Assembly: GCA_964016885.1 (NCBI GenBank)
Contig: OZ024743.1
Coordinates: forward strand, 313,224,001-313,288,000
Direction of reading: 5' to 3'
DNA: 64,000 nucleotides
DNA from: Eledone cirrhosa
Taxonomy: Eukaryota
Below the pieces are notes generated by a model. It saw nothing but the letters and a program-made list of their open reading frames with translations. It was not told the DNA's origin and ran no database searches. Shown piece by piece: positions 55,552 through 64,000 of this stretch (its first letter is position 1; every line of letters begins with the position of its first letter). The position numbers and the translations under genes were made by a program.

Positions 55552-58518
55552 ATCAGAAAATCCCCTTAGTGATACAACTTCAAATAAAATTCTTTGAGTT
55601 GATGGTTTTGTTGTTTAAGATTATATAGCAATCAGTTTGAGTGGCCCAAAGGAAGAAGAAAAACACACAGACAAACGCATTAACTTGATATTTTGTTTTA
55701 TCGTCCAACTGAATTCTTGCAGTCGATTGAATGGACACCAAAGAATTCCCTCACCAATGCCCAGTTACAATACGAAATCATTATTAACCCGTTCCTGGCA
55801 TTATTTCTCCCGAAATACATTCTATTTTAATGAATTAATCAATGAAGAAATTTGAGAAATTTAACAAAATGAATAGTTATTTCATTACCAATATAATATT
55901 TGTAACATAATAAAATTATGTTGGAAGATCTAATTTTAATCGGAACCCTTTAAATGTTTGTGACCATATTTCTGTAAAACGAACTTAACCAGATATAGGA
56001 CACCCTAAAGAATTGAGATTGATCGTCGATCAACATACTCTTTTTTTAGACCTACATGTTTGTTTTAAAATTACATACTCTTGTTGGATACATGTTCTAT
56101 TATACTAAGCATTTTATTCTAAGGTGTTTTATATAAAATTTCAAGTACGAACTTTTGTTAAGTTATGTTCCAAACAACAACTTAATACTATGGTTAGTTA
56201 CATTACTAAATGAATTCAAATGTTCGATTATTTTAAAAATTATCTAAAAAGATGTCACCTGACACATCAAAATATAGCACATCATTTGCATATATTTAAT
56301 ATGTTCCAGAAGCTTTACGTCATGTAACAGAAGATCATAAAACCCGACGAAAATCTTAAGATATCGGAATGATCGGTTTTGATAGTGTTAACCCTTTTCA
56401 TGCCAATCCGTCCAAAATGGGCTCTAGTCCTATGAAACAAAATCATCCAATTTAAAGAATTCCTATTTAGATTAAAATCTTTCAATATAATTTAATACAA
56501 GAACCATATGAAAAGTTACTATCTTTGTAATAAAATCATAATTTTAGTCAATCCCCCAAATTCTTCATTAATTAATTGACCTATAGTGTATTTCATTAGA
56601 AATAAAGTAAGTGGTAATTACCAATTTGTAATAACAATTAAATATTTGTGAGCGTAAGGTCCGCAGGGCTACATCAGTAGGCTTAAAAACACTGATAAAT
56701 AACAAGGAACGAAAACTGGGTACAATTAGGAATCACTTTTTTTATTATTTACTCTGCATATGTGGGAAGAGTAATAAACATTAGTTTATTACTAATCAAC
56801 ATTGGTTCCGATAAAGTAATGTACTGTGGTGTATGTATTTGTTTTGGTGGAAGTATTAATGACTGCAAGGCCAAACTGTAAATATCTTTGTTAGAGCTCG
56901 ATTCGGCTATTTCCCAAGAACACGCAAATCTAGTCTAGAAGAGAAATCATAGTGAAAAGACTAGTTGATGGAAAAAAACAACCAAACATAAGAATCTGAC
57001 CGAACAGACTGACATGGTGGGTGCTATGACAGATGCCTCTACCTGGTTACCTGTCTAGATAGAGATAGAAGAAATATAATCTTTCTTAAGCCCACTTGCT
57101 ACGACCGTTTAATTGTTTTGGTACAGTTTTGTCAGGAAGTGGTGGTAGAGGTTAGTGTCCATGATCCTTTTCAGGGCCTCAAACAGCGGTGAGAGAGATG
57201 GAGGAAGAAAAGTACCTCCAAATCGATAACCTGACGCGAATGCTTACAACGGACTGAAGACCGCTAAAATCCCTTAAGGTGCCAGGTGGCGAACTTAAAT
57301 CGGGCGCCTGAATATGTCTAGAAATAGCAGTCAAATCACCCTCAAAGCCCACTTATCACCTGCTAGAAATATAGTAATCATCTACTAGGAATAGTTCTTT
57401 CTCCACACAGTTTTCTATCTTAAAATCATAAAGCTCTATGTATGTTGTAACTATCTGGTCAGTCCAACTTCAAATGATACTAGAAACGACACAATATCGG
57501 AATACACATAATTACACGAGGACACGCACACACACATGCACACTCACACATCCAATCATAAAGAAACACACATGCATTGATGAATATACTTTTGAACCAT
57601 TATTTTAAACTCTTTGTTGCAACACTTTCTGAATGGAACATTGCCTAAAGTGTATCTAAGCTTTCTTTAATCTTAAATGACGTAGACATATTTAATCTGC
57701 TTTTATCCTTTTATCAATATGAAAATAACTTAAATACAAAAATATAAGATAAAACACCAAAAAAATACAATAGAAGCTACCCAATCTGACAACACTTCGG
57801 TCGGGAAATCGGCATCACGAGTGATTCTGGGCGTTCCTACTGATTTAGATTATGCAATAAAAACAAATTGATTTGATGTATACCTTCAGGACCAAAGATT
57901 TTTTTATATGGAATTACAATTTTTTTCCCTTTGAATTCTAAAACTTTTGCACATTCATATTTGAAATTCCATAGCATAGAAAATGTCAATGAAAAGATTA
58001 TTTTCTAAATATGTATGAAATAGCAACATATGCAAATAACTTATCGAAAGATTGTATCGTCTACCTTCCTGTCAGTTGATTGAACGTTTGAAAGTATATA
58101 CTTTCCTTATACATATTAACGGCTGAGCAGCTGATGACAGCTAATAAGCTAGACACTAGTTCATCGTTCCTTTGTCAGTGTTGAACAAAATGGCAACGAT
58201 GGTTGCTGAACACTGTGCGGCTAATAATTCGGGTTGTTTGTTTACAAACAAACAGAGCATTAAAATAAATGTTCGGTAAACCCATACGTACATATATATA
58301 TATGTGTGTGCATGTATGTATGTATATACATACTACTGTACGTCTATATACATATATGTATGTACGTGTACATACTTATATTTAAGTATCAGCCGTACTA
58401 AGAGTGAGAAATGAAATTTCATTTTTTCCATTTATATATAAAATATATATAAATGAAAGTATAGAAATTATTGTGAGCGTGAAGCCAACAGTATTTCATA
58501 ATATATTTCATTTTTTCC

Positions 58519-58582
<64 letters not shown>

Positions 58583-58650
58583 CGTAAAATAAGAAAATCT
58601 TTTTTAAAAAAATTTTTTAAAATTTTTTTTACTTACTTACTTAAATTTTC

Positions 58651-58732
58651 ACTCCAACTAATTAGTTTCTGCAATGGGATAAAGACAGTTACGTAATCTA
58701 ACTGTCGAGAATTCATTGCGTCATCAGGGAGT
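58651..58732 (-). ncRNA. Type I hammerhead ribozyme with extended stem II, GUU site
   Basis: ACTCC-CTGATGA-cGCAATG..GACAGTTA..TAACTGTC..CATTGCa-GAAA-CTAATTAG-TT-GGAGT. Confidence 0.8.
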
Positions 58733-59234
58733 CTATTCTCAGCTAAGTCTCCAGGCAATGCGCGGACACTGGCGGCTCATATAAAAATAATAATAATTCG
58801 GTAGATGGAACAGCTGGCGAGGACTGAATTTCATGCACTGAAATCCTCACTGCTTCTAGTCAAATGGCCGATTCTAAAGAATCAATCACGTGACACAGAG
58901 GCTAGTCAGAAGGAATGGGATGGTAAGATGACTGACGCCTACTAACCCCCCCCCCAAAAAAAATTTTTTTTAGAAGTGGTTTTGGCAGGTTTGCTCGACA
59001 AATCAGTGATTTGGAGATAAATATAGATAATTTAATATATCAACTAACATAAGCGCACAGATGCACGCCTATGCCAGCAAATACACAGGTTATGTCATAG
59101 TACCTAGGTGGTTCAATGCAGGAGGATGCAGAACAATAATATAAAAGACGTAAAATAAGAAAATCTTTTTTAAAAAATAAAAAAAAAAATTTTTTTACTT
59201 ACTTACTTAAATTTTCACTCCATATATTAAATTA

Positions 59235-59270
<36 letters not shown>

Positions 59271-59473
59271 TATGTATACGTACATACATATATGTATACA
59301 GACGTACAGTAGTATGTATATATATATACATACATGCACACATAAATATATGTACGTATGGATTCACCGAACATTTATTATAATGCTCGGTGTGTTTGTA
59401 AACAAACAACCCGAATTAAGCCGTACAGTGTCTAGCAACCATCGTTGCTCATTTGTTCAACACTGACAAAGGA

Positions 59474-59516
59474 ACACTGTACTAGTTTCAAGCTTATTAG
59501 CTATCGTCAGCAACGT
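59474..59516 (-). ncRNA. Minimal type I hammerhead ribozyme (family C), GUA site
   Basis: ACGTTG-CTGACGA-tAGCT aata AGCTt-GAAA-CTAG-TA-CAGTGT. Confidence 0.8.
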
Positions 59517-59678
59517 ATACCTTCCTGCCAGATGGTTGAACGTCTGAAAGTATATACTTTCCTTATGCATATTAACGGCTGAGCAGCCTAATTTGCATAT
59601 CGAGTGAGTTAATCGGCCGGGTGCACCGAAAACGATAAACGGAAAAAATGAAACGAAATTTCATTATATGTGTGCATG

Positions 59679-59716
<38 letters not shown>

Positions 59717-60056
59717 CTACTGTACGTCTGTATACATATATGTATGTACGTATACATACTTATATTTAAGTAACAGTCGTACTAAGAGTGAGAAATGAAA
59801 CTTCGTTTCATTTTTTCCGTTTATATATATATATATAAATGGAAAAAATGAAATATTTGTGTATATATATATGTATATATGTGTGTATATGTATATGTAT
59901 GTATATTTGTATATATATATATATGTATATATATAAGTATATATAAATATGTATGTATGTATGTATATGTATGTATATATATATATATATGTATGTGTGC
60001 ATATGTGTATGTGTGAGTATGTATGTATGTGTATGTATATATATATATATATATAT

Positions 60057-60535
60057 ATATGAAAAAGTGAGTCCTTCATCAGTGACCCTCCAACCGTCCT
60101 CGGCATTTCATCGCTTTAAGGGCCATATGCCTCAGGTTGGTGCGAACAACGGCTAAAAAAAGTCGTTGGGACACGTAAACAAAGGGGATGCTAGAGTAAC
60201 AACAAAAAAGTTTAAGCAACGGAAAGTGAGCAGAAATAGACAAGTCCCAGATCTCTATGAATATAAACTCTGTGAAATCGTGAACAAGAGACAAAAGACC
60301 ATCTCTTGTTCACGATTTCACAGAGTTTATATTCATAGAGATCTGGGACTTGTCTATTTCTACTCACTTTCCGTTGCTTAAACTTTTTTGTTGTTACTCT
60401 AGCGTCCCCTTTGTTTACGTGTCCCAACGACTTTTTTTAGCCGTTGTTCGCACCAACCTGAGGCATATGGCCCTTAAAGCGATGAAATGCCGAGGACGGT
60501 TGGAGGGTCCTGATGAAGGACTCACTTTTTCATAT
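60057..60535. repeat. Inverted repeat with ~235 bp arms and a 10 bp spacer
   Basis: 60057-60291 versus 60302-60535, few mismatches; diverged relative at ~17890-18180. Confidence 0.95.
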
Positions 60536-60577
60536 GTATCCCATTTGCAACGCCGCAGCTCCATTATTATCATATTT

Positions 60578-60627
<50 letters not shown>

Positions 60628-60764
60628 TATTATGTGAACAGAGAACATAAAACAGAGATGCAGCACAATTGATATGGTCTTTGATTTCACGCTGTGTATA
60701 TGTATATATATGCAATACATTAATAAATTAATAAATGGAAACTATACTTATAAAACTATATTTA

Positions 60765-62755
60765 TTTTTTTATACATATTTCAAGGGCAACCAAAGCAAA
60801 TTATGGTGCGCTTTCATCAGATAAAATACAGATGTGTTCTATAAATAAATATTGACATACCCGGAAAAAAAGACAACGTTAACGGTTGGAGCTTCCTGGA
60901 TAGTGGAGATAGTACATTTATTGAGGGTGATACAAAATTATGGGTGAGTATGCAAATGAGTGTCCGAAAGGTTGAAAAGATAACGGTTTATTTAAATTAA
61001 ACTGTTGGAAGAAGATGATATGTAAGGGAGAGAGAAAAAAAGAAAAAAAGAAAAAAGAAAAAAGAAAGGAGAAAGATAGAAGAGGAAAGAAAGAACGATT
61101 ATATATATTGATAGTGAAGATAGAGTGCATGAAGAAATATGTTTCAAAGGATAAATATACACAGCATAAGTATATCTAAGTGAAAGAAGAAATAAGATTA
61201 ACGTGGAAGAATAATATTTATAATGCAGGGTTCATTACGTTTTGATTATAATACTTATAATGATAGGTTGAACAATTAGATTAAAATTAAAAATTAGAAA
61301 TCAAAATTAAAGATTAAAATTTGCCTTAATATTAAAGATTTAATTTAATAATTTAATATTAATAATTAGTTTAAATGTGTATGTTAAGGATTATAAATTA
61401 TTTAAATAAATATATAGTATTTTACATTAGAGAAAGTCTAGTATAGTTTATTTTATTAAAAGTTGTAAGTCAAAATTTAAACATCCAAATAATTCTAAAT
61501 TTATGAAAAATTTACGCGAGTTTACAAAGGAATAACCACTTAATTATATTATAAAAACAGTAAGGAAATGTAAAGGAAGTTAGAAGTGACTTTTTAAGAT
61601 CTCAGATGACTCCAAGAATTAAATGTTATAAAGTTAAAAAGTTAAAAAAAATTTTTATCTTAAGAATTCTTAAGATAAAATTTCTTTTTTACTTTTTAAC
61701 TTTATAACATTTAATCCTTGGAGTCATCTGAGATCTTAAAAAATCACTTCTAACTTCCTTTACACTTCCTTACTGTTTTTATAATATAATTAAGTGGTTA
61801 TTCCTTTGTAAACTCTCGTAAATTTTTCATAAATTTAGAATTATTTGGATGTTTAAATTAAAACATAAACCATGTTATTTTATATGAAGTCATAAATTTA
61901 CTTGCTATAAAGTTAAACAATTTAAAAAAAATTTATCTTAAGAATATATTTAAAGCATAAACCATAGGTTATTCCACATATATATAAAAAAACCTATATA
62001 TAAAAATCATATGTTTTTCCACATATATATATAAACATTTGGATATATATATTAAAAACGTTTGAAGATATACAAATATAATAATATTGGAAGGTATGAA
62101 AATAATGGTTTTTCTATATCTTTCAAAGGAATTTTCAAATGATTTTTCCTAAAACCTTCCGTAAGTTTTTCAAGAAAAATTTTTCTTAAAGGAGTTTCAA
62201 GCAGTCATATAAAAAAATTCAAGCAGTCATAAAAAAATTTCAACCAGTCATATAAAAATTTTTTATAAAATATTTTATATTTTATAATCTATCGATAGGT
62301 GTAATAATATAAAGTATATAGTATATATATATATATGAGGTAGAGATAATAGAAAGTAAATTAAATATATATGAATCATATATAGATATAGAAAACATTA
62401 TGTAATGGAGATAAATTATATATTACATTTTATATATATATTTAAAAGTTGAGTTTAAACGATGTTTACAGGAACTAAATAAATTATTTCGCAAATTAAT
62501 AGAGTTCTTACTTTTTAGTATAAAGAATATTTCTTCAACGCAAAGTGAGACATTTTTGGATAAAGCAGTGTATGAAGGAGCTTTGGAAATAATTTTCCAA
62601 AGTAAAAAATAGTTAATATTCTTGGATTTTAAGTCCCATAATAAGTTAGATAGAGAAGTTGAAGATTTTTTTACCAATATTCGTAAAGGAACATTTATGG
62701 TTATTAAAACGAGATTTGAAGTCTGTGGAAGTAGAGCCGACATAGTGAAAGGAGT
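60765..62755 (-). mobile_element. Inverted Penelope-like 3' part: GIY-YIG remnant, AT-rich trailer and hammerhead core
   Basis: SSTSLSNLLWDLK..SLCVEEIFFILK..NLFSSCKHR homologous to 44261-44611; CTGATGA-stem-GAAA at 60779-60820. Confidence 0.8.
61474..61859. repeat. Spacerless palindrome with 193 bp arms centred on GAATTC
   Basis: Centre at 61666/61667; a few arm mismatches. Confidence 0.93.
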
Positions 62756-62779
62756 TTTCATTTGTTTTGACATTATAAT

Positions 62780-64000
62780 TGTATACTATATTTTTAAGAA
62801 AACACTCTGGGAAATCACATCCCAAGTAATTAACTGGTTTACTAATATTAGAAATAAATCATCTGCTTCATTTCTACAATTTGATATAGATGCTTATTAT
62901 TCCTCTATATCACCCATACTCCTGAACAAAGCCTTGATATTTGCCAAAAATAGATCAAACTTAACTATGGATGACATTAATATTATCACGCACGCTAGAC
63001 AAACACTACTGGAATTTCAGAATGAATACTGGACCAGAAATACATATAGTAATCTCTTCGACATTACTATGGGCACTAGTGATTCTGCTCAAATTACCGA
63101 TCTTGTGGGCCTCTTTCTTTTATTTAACATAAATTCTTCTTTTCCCCACCTTAAAGGTGGTTTATATCGTGATAACTGTCTTCTTCTTTCCACTAATCTT
63201 AGCCTATCAGAAATTGAAAAAAAAAAAAAAACTTATTAGAACTTTCCTCAAAGACTATTACAATCTCACTATTACATTTGAAAACACCAGTAAAATAGTT
63301 AATTTCCTAGATATAACTTTAGTTTTATCTACTGATACCTTACCATAAACCTAACCAAAACTTACATTATATACACTAATAATCCAATCACCCTAGATCC
63401 ATCCTTAAAAACCTAGCATGTAATATCTCACTCAGAATCTCTAACCTTTCATCTAACCAGGATGTATTCGATAAAAATGCGCCCTTTTATAACGAAGCTT
63501 TAGCTAGAAGCGGCCACAAAAACAAATTAGTCTATATACCTTGCACCAATAATACTTCAAACATACAACCCAATATTACGAACAAACACCAAATGAAAAA
63601 CCCACACCTAAATGCCACTCACACTACACCCCAAAATACCAACCTAAAACTTAATTTCTCTACCTCTTCTCACATAAAATATAATGACTTTCAAAAAACG
63701 ATTCATCCTAATACTCCAATATATGTTAACAACATTACTAACAACATTCCTAATAATCAGACTAAAACACCTAAATCAGTTAATCTAACTAACCTATATA
63801 TAATAAATTCACTAATAGTAAGTCTCTTAGTAAACATCCGGATACATCGTATAAATATAAAAAACAATATCGAAACCGTAATAGACGGGTTACTTGGTAT
63901 AATGCACTATTTAATCTACAAATTAAAGATAATATCCTTAAAAAAGTTTTTACTATCCTAGAGAAAAACTTCCCGCCAAACCATAAATACCATCAAATTT
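62780..64000 (+). mobile_element. Penelope-like reverse transcriptase, frameshifted, running off the window end
   Basis: FLQFDIDAYYSSI, ITMGTSDSAQITDLVGL, GLYRDNCL, VNFLDITL and the linker RRVTWYN..KNFPPNH. Confidence 0.85.

Overview
Repeat-dominated, AT-rich animal genomic DNA, most likely an octopod cephalopod (inferred from the SINE family and the microsatellite load). No host protein-coding gene is supported; most ORFs in the track are microsatellite translations. The window holds decayed non-LTR retrotransposons (RTE-like, Tx1/L1-clade, R4/Dong-like, CRE-like, CR1/L2-like), Penelope-like (RT and GIY-YIG) fragments, a mariner relic, MITEs, a Helitron-like element and >20 copies of one tRNA-derived SINE. 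The main signal not shown by the ORF track is about 16 type I hammerhead ribozyme motifs, read by eye, from roughly ten unrelated non-coding families. They sit in tandem units of about 470-590 nt or in long inverted repeats next to (TA)n tracts. Several have unusual cores (U3-A8 covariation, U-U at 10.1-11.1), and one unit starts at its predicted self-cleavage site. They look like Penelope terminal repeats or retrozyme-type elements. All structures were folded by hand and repeat boundaries are approximate.
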